This document shows positions 12,912 to 25,500 of a stretch of DNA of 64,000 nucleotides, piece by piece (the first letter of the stretch is position 1; every line of letters begins with the position of its first letter). Origin of the DNA: the human T2T-CHM13v2.0 reference genome, Homo sapiens; assembly GCF_009914755.1 (NCBI RefSeq), contig NC_060945.1; one strand, given 5' to 3'. The position numbers and the translations under genes are program-made. The notes beneath the pieces were generated by a model that saw only the letters and a program-made list of their open reading frames with translations, was not told the origin of the DNA and searched no databases.

Positions 12912-15117
12912 ATATCTTCTTTTGAGAAGTATTTGTTCGTGTCCTTTGCCCATTTCTTTAAATGGGATTGTTTGTTTTTTGCTTGATGATCTGTTTAAGT
13001 CCCTTAGAGGCTCTAGATATTAGATCTTTGTTGGAGGCATACTTTGTGAATATTTCCTCCCATTCTGTAAATTGTCTGTTTATTCTATTGATTGCTTCTT
13101 TTGCTGTGCAAGAGCTCTTTAGTTTATTTGGGTCCAACTTGTCAGTTTTTATTTTGTTGCAGTTGTTTCTGGGGACTCAGCCAAAAATTATTTGTGAAAT
13201 TGGATGTCTAGAAGGGTATTTCTTAGGTTTTCTTTTAGGATTTTTATAGTTTGGGGTCTTTTTTTTTTTCTATTTTTTTTTTTTAATTATACTTTAAGTT
13301 TTAGGGTACATGTGCACATTGTGCAGGTTAGTTACATATGTATACATGTGCCATGCTGGTGCGCTGCACCCACTAACTCGTCATCTAGCATTAGGTATAT
13401 CTCCCAATGCTATCCCTCCCCCCTCCCCCCACCCCACCACAGTCCCCAGAGTGTGATATTCCCCTTCCTGTGTCCATGTGATCTCATTGTTCAATTCCCA
13501 CCTATGAGTGAGAATATGCGGTGTTTGGTTTTTTGTTCTTGCGATAGTTTACTGAGAATGATGGTTTCCAATTTCATCCATGTCCCTACAAAGGACATGA
13601 ACTCATCATTTTTTATGGCTGCATAGTATTCCATGGTGTAACAAATTTACAAGAAAAAAACAAACAACCCCATCAAAAAGTGGGCGAAGGACATGAACAG
13701 ACACTTCTCAAAAGAAGACATTTATGCAGCCAAAAAATACATGAAAAAATGCTCATCATCACTGGCCATCAGAGAAATGCAAATCAAAACCACTATGAGA
13801 TATCATCTCACACCAGTTAGAATGGCAATCATTAAAAAGTCAGGAAACAACAGGTGCTGGAGAGGATGTGGAGAAATAGGAACACTTTTACACTGTTGGT
13901 GGGACTGTAAACTAGTTCAACCATTGTGGAAGTCAGTGTGGCGATTCCTCAGGGATCTAGAACTAGAAATACCATTTGACCCAGCCATCCCATTAGTGGG
14001 TATATACCCAAAGGACTATAAATCATGCTGCTATAAAGACACATGCACACGTATGTTTATTGCGGCATTATTCACAATAGCAAAGACTTGGAACCAACCC
14101 AAATGTCCAACAATGATAGACTGGATTAAGTTTGGGGTCTTTTATTTGAATCTTTAAACCATCTTGAGTTAATTTTTGTATCTGATGAAAGGTAAGGGTC
14201 CAGTTTCAATCTTCTGCGTATGACCAGCCAGTTATCCCAGCACTATTTAATGAATAGGGAGTTCTTTCCCCAGTGCTTGTTTTTTTGGCCTTGTTGAAGC
14301 TGAAATGATTCTAAGTGTATGATTTTTCTATTCTGTTCCATTGAACTATGTGTCTGTTTTTTCTGTACCAGTACCACATTGTTTTGGTTATGCTTATCAT
14401 CACTAATCATCAGATAGATGCAAATCAAAACCACAATGAGATACTGTCTCACACCACTCAGAAGGCTATTATTAAAAAGTCAAAAAAGCAACAGATGTTG
14501 AAGGCTGCAGAGAAAAGGGAATGTATATAACTATTGTTGGAAATGTAAGTCAGTTCAGCCACTGTGGAAAGCAGTTTGGAGACTTCTTAAGAAACTTAAA
14601 ACAGATATACTATTCAACCCAGCAATCTCTTTACTGGGTATATACCCAAAGGAATATAGATCATTATACCAAAAAGGCATAGAGACGTGTATGTTCATCA
14701 CTGCACTATTCACAATAGTACACACATGGAATCAACCTAGATTCCCATCAATATTGGATTGGATAAATAAAATGTATTACATATGCAACATGAAATACTA
14801 TGCAGCCATAAAAAGAATGAAGTCATGTCCTTTGCAGTGACATGGATGAAGCTGGAGACCATAATCGTAAGTGATCTAGTGCAAGAACTGAAAACCAATA
14901 CCACATATTTTCACTTGCAAGTAAGGGCTAATCCTTGAACACACATGAACCTCCGCATGGGAACCATAGACACTGCAGAATACTAGAGCAGGGAGGGAGA
15001 AAGGGAGGCGTGGGCTGAAGAACGACCTTTTGGGTACTATGCAAACTGCTTGGGTGTAATGTGCCCATGTGACAAACCTGCACATGTACCCCTGTATCTA
15101 AAGTTGAAAAAAAAAAG
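12912..15117 (+). mobile_element. Older primate L1 (L1PA13-16-like), 5'-truncated and 5'-inverted; hosts a nested L1PA2
   Basis: Antisense ORF2 segment (12912-14390, interrupted), then sense ORF2 end, 3'UTR and A tail (14391-15117). Confidence 0.85.
13263..14128 (-). mobile_element. L1PA2-type insertion, 5'-truncated and 5'-inverted, with 15-bp TSD
   Basis: Poly-T and 3'UTR on the minus strand (to ~13640) with GATGAC-GAG-TTAGTG and CTTAAAGTATAAT, i.e. not L1HS-Ta. Inverted ORF2 C-terminal piece at 13641-14130. TSD agtttggggtctttt at 13248-13262 and 14129-14143. Confidence 0.93.
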
Positions 15118-16923
15118 AATATAAAGCTTTAAAAAGAAGTCAGAAGTGGAAATGAAAACATAGTAAACTTTATGAAATGCTAAAAAAGATAGTGACTATA
15201 GTGAATGTATCTATTATCCATAATAATTTCTAAAAATGTCATATAACCGTGCAATATGTATTTTCTTTTAAGTGGATTCTTACCCTTTTTTCACTCAAAA
15301 ATTATTTTGAGATTCATTTATGTTATCCCATGCCATAATATGTCATCTCTTTTTATTGCTATTAGTATTCAATTTTAAGAAGATTTCACAATTTTCTTAC
15401 CCATTCACCAAAATGGCTTTTGGGAAGTTTCAGATTTTTGGCTTACAAATATATACATATTTATATATTATCTTGGTATGGGCATGTTTTTATATCTCTT
15501 GGTTAAATACCTGTGAGAGGTAATGGCTGGATCACATGCCAAGTGTATGTTTATCACTTTTAAAAAACACTTCCTAAAAGTTTTCCAAAGTGATTGTACT
15601 ATTTTACCTTCCCCAAAGCAGTGTACGGGTATTTCGGGTATTTCACTTGCTCCACATCCTCACCAAAACTTGACATACTCAGGACTTTATGTTTAGACAT
15701 CCTAATACATGTTTAGTGGTTTCATGTTGTGGATTTAATTTGCATTTCCCTAATGCCTCAGGATGTTAAACATCTTCTCATATACAACTCAGCATTGATC
15801 ATTTTTGGTAAAATGTCTTTTCAAATATTTAACGTAGTTTTAACTGGGCTGTTTTCTTATTATTGAGTTTACTGAATTCTTTATGTATTTGGAATGTAAT
15901 CCACTTACCAAATATGTGATTTAGAAATATTTTTATCCAATCTGTGGCTTGTTTTTCTATTTTTTAACCACTGCCTTTCAGTGGGTGAAAGATGTTGATG
16001 AGGTTTAATTTTTCTTTTTTCATATGAATCATGCTTATTGTTTCAAATCTACGAATGTATTGTGTAAAACAAATATGTTAATACTAAGATTTTCCCCAAT
16101 TCTTCTTTCTAGAAGTTTTGTAGTTGTTGTTTTTAAGTTTAGATTTATGATAATTTTTTCTTAATTTCTTACGATATTGTGACAAATTGGCGAAAGGTTT
16201 TGTTTGGTTTGTTGTATTTTTTTTTTGGCATGTGAATGTCCGATTTTTCATCATTGGCTAAAAACACCGTACTTTAGCAACAGAATTGCCTTTTCATTAT
16301 TTAAAATATATTTTAATATATGTGTTTTAGGGAATCTATTCTGTTCCATTGATCTATTTATTTGTCCCTTTACACCAACAAAAGCCGTTATGATAAGTTA
16401 GAATAATGTATTATAAGTCCTCCAACTTTGTTCATCTTTTCAAAGTAGTTTTAATATAGAATAAAATACTCTAGGTTCTGTTCATTTCCATATTAATTTT
16501 AGAATCAAGCTTTCAATTTTTACATATACATATGCACTAACACACACATACACATCCACTACCATAACTTTGATTAGAATTGTGTTGAAGCTATAGATCA
16601 CTTTGAGAATAATTGTCTTCTTGACATTATTGATCCTTCTGTTCCAGAAACAGAAAATCTCTGTATATTCAGGTCTCTTTAATTTCTCTCAGCAGTGTTC
16701 TTAAGTGTTTTTTATACAGTCCTAACTCATCTTTTGGCAGATTTATCTCTAATTATTCCATATATTTTGATGCTATTATAAACCACATTTTAATTGTTAA
16801 TTGTAGCATCATATATAAAGATAGATAATATATTCTGAAATGTACTAAATTCATTTATTATAGTAGTTCATAATTAGCTTATGGTTCCGTAGAATTCTCT
16901 ACATAAATGATAATATCACTGTG

Positions 16924-17240
<317 letters not shown>

Positions 17241-18419
17241 TCACTATGAATAAAGACACTTTTACTTATTCCTTTCCAATCTGTATGTTTTTCCACTTTC
17301 GCTTATTATACTGGGTAGACAGACTCTCCTGGTGAATAGAAATGATACAATTGAACACACTTGGCCTTGTCCATAAACTTTGGGAGACAGGGCATTCATT
17401 CTTTTAATATCAAATGTTTTTAGATATAGGCTTTTCAGGGATTTTTAAAATCAGGTTGAGAAACTGACCTTTTCCTAAATTACTGAGTTTTTTTATCAAT
17501 AATGAATTTTTCTCTGTCTGCCTCCTTTCTGATCAGACTGGATAGAGTTTTATTAGTTATATTGATCTCTCAAAGAAACAGCTTTTGGTTTTTCTTGATT
17601 TTATATTTGTTTTTCCTTTTCCTATTTTATCAGCGTGCCATCTGATCTTTATTATTTTATCTTTCTGGCTTATTTGGAGGTATATTGATCTTTTTTTCTG
17701 TTTTCTCAAGGTTAAACCTGATAATACTGATTTGAAATCTTTCTTGTCTTCTAATGCATGTATTTAGTGCTGAATAATTCCCTATATGTCTACTTCAACT
17801 TTATTTCACAAGTTTTGATATATTGCATATACATTGCCATTCATTTTAAAATGTTTTGTAATTTCCCTTTTGACTTATTATTTATCCCATGAAACATTTA
17901 GAAGTATGCACTTAGCTTCCAATTATATGTGGATTTTCCAGAGATAGTTCTGTCATGAATTTCTAATTTGATTCTAATGAGGTCAGAGAACATACTATGA
18001 TTTAGATCAAGTATATTCCTGATGCACTTAAAAAGAATGTGTATTTTGTTGATGTTGGTTAATGTTTTGGTAATTATCAGTTAGGTTACAGTCAATTGGT
18101 AATGTTAATCAAGTCTTCTGTATCTTTTTAACCTACTTGCTCTATTAGTTATTGAGAAATAGCTGTTTAAACTCTAATAAAATTAAGAATTTGTCTATTT
18201 CTTTTCACAGTTCTGTCAGTTTATTCTCCATGTATTTTAAGCTCTCTTATTATATAGATAAAAGTTTAGAATCATGATGTCCTCCTGATGAATTGACGTC
18301 TTTCTCATTAGGAATTGATTCTGTTTATTCCGGATAATATTTGCTCCAATACCTGAGTGTTAGCAATATAGCTACCCCAGCATTTTTTGCATTAAGGATT
18401 ACATGGTGTATCTTTTTTC

Positions 18420-18905
18420 CTTTCTTTTAATTTTAACATATTTTAATTTTGAGGGAACATAGTAGGCATATATATTTATGGGGTACATGAGATTTTCTGA
18501 TACAAGGATGCAATGTGAAAGAAGCACATTCACATGAGAATGGGGTATCTATCTCCTCAAGTGTTTTTCCTTTGAGTTACAAACAATCCAGTTACACTCT
18601 AAGAGATTTTAAAATGTGCAATTGCATTGTTATTGACTATAGTCACCCTGTTATGGTATCAAATAGTAAGTCTTATTGATTCTTTCTATTTTTGTACCCA
18701 TTTACCATCCCCACCTCCTCCCCCAACCCCCTACTACAATTCCCAGCCCCTGTTAATTATCCTTGTACTCTCTGTTCCCTGAATTCAATTGCTTTGATGT
18801 TTAGATCCTACAAATAAGTGAGAGTATGCAATGTTTGCTCTTCTGTGCCTGGCTTATTTCACTTAACGTAATGATCTGCAGTTCTATCCATGTGGTTGCA
18901 AATAA
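18420..18905 (-). mobile_element. L1MA (L1MA2/3-like) 3' end
   Basis: catagtaggcatatatatttatggggtacatgagat; reverse complement resembles the 3' end of the L1 near 62200. Confidence 0.8.
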
Positions 18906-19294
18906 GCATTTACCTATACTTAAAGTGGGTTTTTGTAGGATGTGTACAGTTGTGGTTTTTTTAATCCATTCTGACAGTCTCTACCTTTGAATTAGAGTGC
19001 CACACATTGAATATATTACTGATGTAATTGGGTTTAAGCCTATTACATCTTGCTATGTATTGTCTGATATCTGTTCATAGTTTTATTTTTCTTCTGTTTC
19101 TTCATTTTTGAATATTTTAATGAATCAATTAATTTCCTATTTTGTCTTGTTAACTATAACTCGTTCTTATTTTAGTACGTGGTTTTCAGTCTTTTTTCAA
19201 ATGCTGTTGCACTACTTCACATATAATGTAAAAAATACCCCCTCCAGCCTTTGTGCTAAGTTTATCAGATATTTTTACATTAATCATAAAACTC

Positions 19295-19937
19295 ATAATA
19301 GTTTTCTATTTCTGCTCCAACAAATTACAACAAATTTTGTGGCTCAAAACAGCAGAAATTAATAATTAGGTCAGAAGTCCACATAGGCTCTGCTGGGATC
19401 TGCTCAGTATATTATAAGATCACGATCCAGGGGTCAGCAAGACTATGATCTTTTCTGGAGGCTCTGAGGCAGAATCCTTCCTAATGTCATTCAGGTTTTT
19501 GGCAGAATCCAGCCTCTTTCTTCTGTTGGACTGAGGTCCTGTTGGCTTGCTTGAAGTCACCTGCAGGAGGGTGCCTTTACCTTTGAGCAATTCCCTTCTG
19601 AACCTTGAATGGGAATCTCTAAAGCTCTGTAGCAGCAGTATGTTAAATCCAACCCATACTTGGAATATTTCTGACACATCTCTCTTCTGCTGCATCTCTT
19701 CTGCCTTCCTCTTCTTCTTACAGCTGAAGAGAAATCTCTGCTTTTAATATCAGATGAAAAGGGGATCATGTGATTGGTCTCGCCTAGATAATTCATGATA
19801 ATTTCCTCACTTAATGTCTGTAACTTTAAAAAACACCTGCAAAGTCTTTTTAAATCATGATATTTAATGTGTTCATAGATGGCCAGGTGTTAGGGCATTG
19901 ACATCTTTGGGAAGAGACATTATTCTTCCCCCAACAA
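19295..19937 (-). mobile_element. MLT1-family MaLR LTR
   Basis: aacaaattacaacaaattttgtggctcaaaacagcagaaatt...ggcagaatcc...acatctttggg...cattattct. Confidence 0.75.
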
Positions 19938-22544
19938 CTGTGCTATGCATACACACATACACACACACACACACGTACACACACTATGTATAGATTCAAA
20001 CTTCCAATTAGCTCATATTCATAAATTATTACATTAAAATTAATGTTAAAGTTATTAGAAAAAAGTATTTTATATTTATCTACATAGTTACTATTCACAA
20101 GGCTTTTCAATACTTTGTGTAAATCCAGATTTCTATCTGGTATAAGTTCCCAGATGCTTGAATGACTTCCTTTAGCATTTCTTGTAGTGCACTTCTGTTG
20201 TTAATGATTCAGTTCACCTACTGTATGTCTGAGAAAACCTTTTTTTACTTTTATATATAAAATACATTTTTGCTGGATATAGAATTCTAAATGAACAGAT
20301 TTTATTTTTTCAGTACTATAAACATTATGAATCATTATGTTTGCCTGAGTTTTTTTAGATACAAACTCCTCTGACATTTTGTTCCTCTGTACATAAAGTA
20401 TCCCATCCAACCAGTCACCCCCAGATTCTTAGAGATTTTTGCTTTATCGCTTTTCTTAAGCAGTGTGGATACATTATACCTTGGTGAAGCTTTCTTCATC
20501 ATACTTGTACCCAGGTTTTGGTGATGACCTTGATTGATCATTTTTAACAAATTTAGAAAAGTTTTAGTCATTAGATGTTCACATATTGTTCTCTGTCCCA
20601 CATTCCTTTGGGACTCCAATTTCACATATATAGGCTACTTGAATGTTCCAACTGATCTTGATCTTATCTTTCATTTTCCGGATAATTTTCAGAAAATAAT
20701 CTTATCTTTCATTTTTGATCATTTTCTTTCCTTTTTTTCCTTTTTGTATTAATTTTTGGATATTCTCTCTTATTACATGTTCTAGTTTACTAATCTTTTC
20801 TTTGGCAATGTTTAATCCACTGTTCATTCTGCTGAAGGCTTCATCTCAGGCACTTTAGCTTTTAATATGTAGACACATGATTTTTAAAATACCTACCCCA
20901 GAACTGAAAATGAAAATAAAAATAAGTTAAATTTCTGTGAAGTCTTCAACATGATCAGTCTTTCATCTAGATTTTTGGTTGCATGGAATGCCATCATAAT
21001 AACTGATTTAATGTTATTGTGTACTATCATCTGTTATTCCTGGGTTAGTTTTTGGCCAATTATATTTTATCCTCATTATATCTTATATTTCCTGCTTCTT
21101 TTCATAATAATTTTAGCATGGATGCTAGATGTTATAAATGTTACCTCTTTATCTGCTGTTTTTTTGTTTTGTTGTTCTTTTCAATATTTTAGACCTTTTT
21201 TTTCTAGAAATACAGATGAACTACTTGGAAACAGTTTAATCCTTCAGTCTGTGCCTTTAAGCTTTGTTAAGTTTGATCAGAATAGCTCTGGACTTTCTTT
21301 GCCCCACCCATGAGATAAGAATGTTTCTGAATTCTTTATCTGTCATGCATTAGGAGTTGATTTTATTCTGGCTCATGAGAGTATGAACTTTTGTTTGCTC
21401 TGTTTGAGCTTGGAAGTTGTTCCTTCCAATTCTTTTGCACAGTTCTTTCCCTGGCCTCAGTTACTTTCCTCTCATGGGTGCACTCATCAGTACTCATCTG
21501 GAGGCTCCAGGGTTAATCACTGCAAATCTCAGGGAATCCTCACTTTGCCATTAAGTCCTGTCTGGCACTGTGGCCTGTGAACTATAGCCAATATCCACTT
21601 CTCTGTACTATTAGCACTACCTCCGCACTCAGAGAGACCTCTAAACTCCAACTGAGATCCTCATTCCTGTGCTGCAATCTAGAAACTCTCTCTAGACAGT
21701 AAGCTGAGACACAGCAGGACTCACCTCATTTCCCCCCATATTTTAGGAATTTCTATTGAATGATTTCATTGACTGATTCACAAAGTCTTGAAAAACAGTT
21801 GTTTTATACAATGTTTCTGACATTTTTAGCTGTTTCAGGTGCTAAGATAAATTGGGTATACGTTTCTGCATCTTGGTTGGAAACTGATATTTTTAGATAT
21901 ATGTTTCAGTACAGCAAACAAAATTTCAGTGTTCTAAGGTTTTGAAAAATGTATCCTAGTAATAGGAAGACCTGACTTCTAAATATTTTAATCTCTCATT
22001 CTGTACTAAACTCAAAGCAATTTCAGATAGCTATGTCTGAATTTCACTTTCTTCCTACTTTATCCATACATCTTGTTCTATAATAAATTATTTTTATTAA
22101 TTAATTACTTTAATTCTCCCTCAGGTTTGCCAGTGAATTTTTAACAGCAGGGTATCACAATGGTTTTTTCAAAATATGTAGCACTATGAACTGAAACATG
22201 GCCCACATTTTAGGTGTCTCAGGAACATGAAGAATATACAACCAGTGCAATCTGAAGTTCATAACAAAGACAAACAGTAGGAAGTGAAGGAATCTTCAGA
22301 ATACTTTGGGTAGATCAGAGCAATGATTTAAAGAAAGAGAAGAGTCTGATGAACTGAAGTAGAAACAGGCATTCCTTGAAGAAGAGTCATGATTCCCTCA
22401 AATAGGCAGAATTAAAAATGTTTTTCTGCTTTAGATCAGGAACTGACTTCTCCAGGAGGATGGGCTGTTTCAGAGTATCAGCTTATTGAATCTGATTGTA
22501 ACTGTTACAAAACACAATGACAATTTTTTAACTATCAATATGAT

Positions 22545-25500
22545 TTTTAATATTTGCATGTTTGTTTTCAAGTTAACATACAGTAAAATTCACTTTTTTA
22601 ATTGTAGAATTCTATGAATTTTAACGTATACATAGATTCATCTTGGCTCTACTACAGTCAGTATACAGAATTGTTCTTTCACCCCAAATCACTCTCTAAT
22701 CCCTTTATAGTCACTTCCTCTTTCAACCTCTAAACTCTGACAACCACCACTTCTTTCCCTGCCATTATAATTTTATCTTTTCCAGAGTGCCATATTAGCA
22801 CAGCTTTAGAACAGCTTTATAGTAAGTCCCACAGTTGAGACCTACTTCTCAGGAAATATTTCTTTCAAAATATCACAGTGCACTGGCAATGCACTTAAAA
22901 TCAGGTAGTATCATTTATCCAACTGTTCTTTTACAAAAGGTTCTAGAAATTATAATTTATTTGCCTTCCATTGAAAGTTTCACAACAATTTGTCTACACA
23001 AACATATCAAGCTGGGATTTTAATCACAATTGTAAAGGAGCTTTATATTAGTTTTAAAAGAATTTTACTTTTTTTCTATCTTGAGTCTACAAATATATTA
23101 ACATGGTATATATTTTTGTTGTTGTTGTTGGCCTAGTGTTTGGGACATCAATATGCTTTTGTTAAATGAATGAACGAATAACAAAAATGACTTTATGCAA
23201 AAGATGGTTACAAATATGGGGCATTTTTTTTTTTTTTTTTTTTTTTGAGACGGAGTCTCACTCTGTGGCCCAGGCTGGAGTGCAATGATGCAATCTCCGC
23301 TCACTGCAAGCTCTGCCTGCTGGGTTCACGCCATTCTCCTTCCTCAGCCTCCTGAGTCGCTGGGACTACAGGCACCCGCCACCACGCCCAGCTAATTTTT
23401 TTGTATTTTTAGTGGAGACGGGGTTTCACCGTGTTAGCCAGGAGGGTCTCGATCTCCTGACCTCGTGATCCACCCACCTCAGCCTCCCAAAGTTCTGGGA
23501 TTACAGGCGTGATCCACTGCGCCCGGCCCATGGTATGACTTCTTATTTACTAAAGTCTTCTTTTGTTTCCGTTATCAGATCCTTGTAGTTTTCAACATTC
23601 AGATATCATACATAAATTTTGCTTGATTGGTACCTAAGTGTGATAGTTTTGGAGCTGTTGTACATTTTTTTAAAAAAAATTTTGGTTTCCAAATGTTTAT
23701 TGCTAATATGCATATGAGATTTGATTTGGGGTGTTTTTCTTTAATCCTTTGACTGTGTTACACTCAACAATTAGTTCTAGCAATATTTTTGAAGGTTCCT
23801 TGAGTTTATATTGTATATAACAATCTATTTCTAATTTCTGCAAATTGGAAAAGATTTCTTTCTTTTCTGACTGTACGTCTTAAATCTATTTTTACTTGAG
23901 TGCTGTGTTGTTCTTTCAGCATGAGGTTTAATAGGAGAGCTGACAGCGAATTTCCTTACTTGCTCCCAGTCTTACAGATAAAGTATTCACTTCTTTACCT
24001 ATATATCAATGTTAGGTCTAAATTTTTTGGCAGGTGTTTTTCATCATGATAAGGAAGTCTTCCTTTATTCATAGTTTGCTCAGAGATTTTATCATGAGTG
24101 GATGAGGAATTTTGTTGTTTTTTTGTTTTAGCATCAACTCATGTTATTACATGATTTTTTCTTTAAACTGTTAAGTTGGATAAATTAATTGAGTATTGAT
24201 TAATATGCTTAATATAGTTAATATAATTTAATAATACTCAATATACTTAATATAATTTAATTATCTTCAATTAATTTATCCACCTAACAGTTTAAAGAAC
24301 AATTATTTAATAATATTAGGTTCAGAGGTTTCTGAAGCTCTATTCATTAATGTCATATAATTAAATTATATTAATACTCAATTAATCTATCCAACCTAAC
24401 ACTTTAAAGAAACTGTTTGCTGATAACAGTATTGTGTCAGCCTTATATTCACAGGAAAAAGAAAAAAAAACTTAATGTTGATATATTTCTATTTACAGCT
24501 AGATTTTTTTTCTAATTTTTTAATAAAAGCACCTATTTTCATGAAATATTGGTATGTAGGTTTATTTTCTTGTACCATATATGACATGTTAAATTATCAG
24601 CATAATGCTGTGTTCATAAAAATGGGTTGAAAAACATTCCCTCCTCTTATATTTTCTGAAAGAGATTTTACAGAAATGCTATTGTTTCTTCTTTAAATAT
24701 TTTTTAAATTCAACAGATAAACTGAGTCTGAACATTTCCTTTCAGGAGACTTTTGATTTATCTTTAAATAAATGTATTTTTTATATTTCTTTAATAATTA
24801 TAGGATTGTTTTTGTTATATATTTTATTTTGAGTAACTTTGTGGTTTCTGATTTTCAAGGATGTGGTTCGTATTTTCAACATTGATAAGTTTGTGTGCAT
24901 AATGTTATCTGGATTTTTTTAAATATTTTTATTAGCTGTACAATCTGTGCTGATATCTCTTCTTTCAATCCTGATATTGGCAATATGTGTCATCTCTCCT
25001 TTTTTCATCCTGAGTCTTGCTGGAGGTTTAATCATTGTATTCTTATTCCAAATAAACTTCATTTAAAAAAATTTTCTCTATTTTGTTCTGTTTTCAATTT
25101 CATTATTATCCTTTTATTTTATATTGTTTTCTTCCTCCTGCTTAATTTTTGCTTATTTTGCTCTTGTTTATCTAGTTTATTAGGCTATCCCAAAGAGTAA
25201 TTGTGAATTTGTTCCAATTTTTTTTGTCTGTCAGATTTTGCTTTATATATTTTGAAGCACTTTTTCAAGTTGAATGCACATGTAGGATTGTCATATTTTC
25301 CTGCTTAATTGGCCTTTTTATCATTATGTAATATTCTATTTTACATCTTTTAATTTCATTTGTTCTGAAACCTACATTTTCTGATATTGACATAGCCACT
25401 GCAGCTTTCTTTTGATTAACATTTGAATGGCATATTTTTTCTATTGTTTTTATTTTATTCTAGTTTTATCATTACATTTCAAGTGATTTCTTATAGACAG

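Noticed and set aside
13204-13626. 140-aa ORF
   Set aside because: Antisense reading of the L1 3'UTR, a common artefact.
13693-14157. 154-aa ORF
   Set aside because: C-terminal fragment of L1 ORF2p inside the inverted part of the L1PA2 insert; no promoter or independent gene structure.
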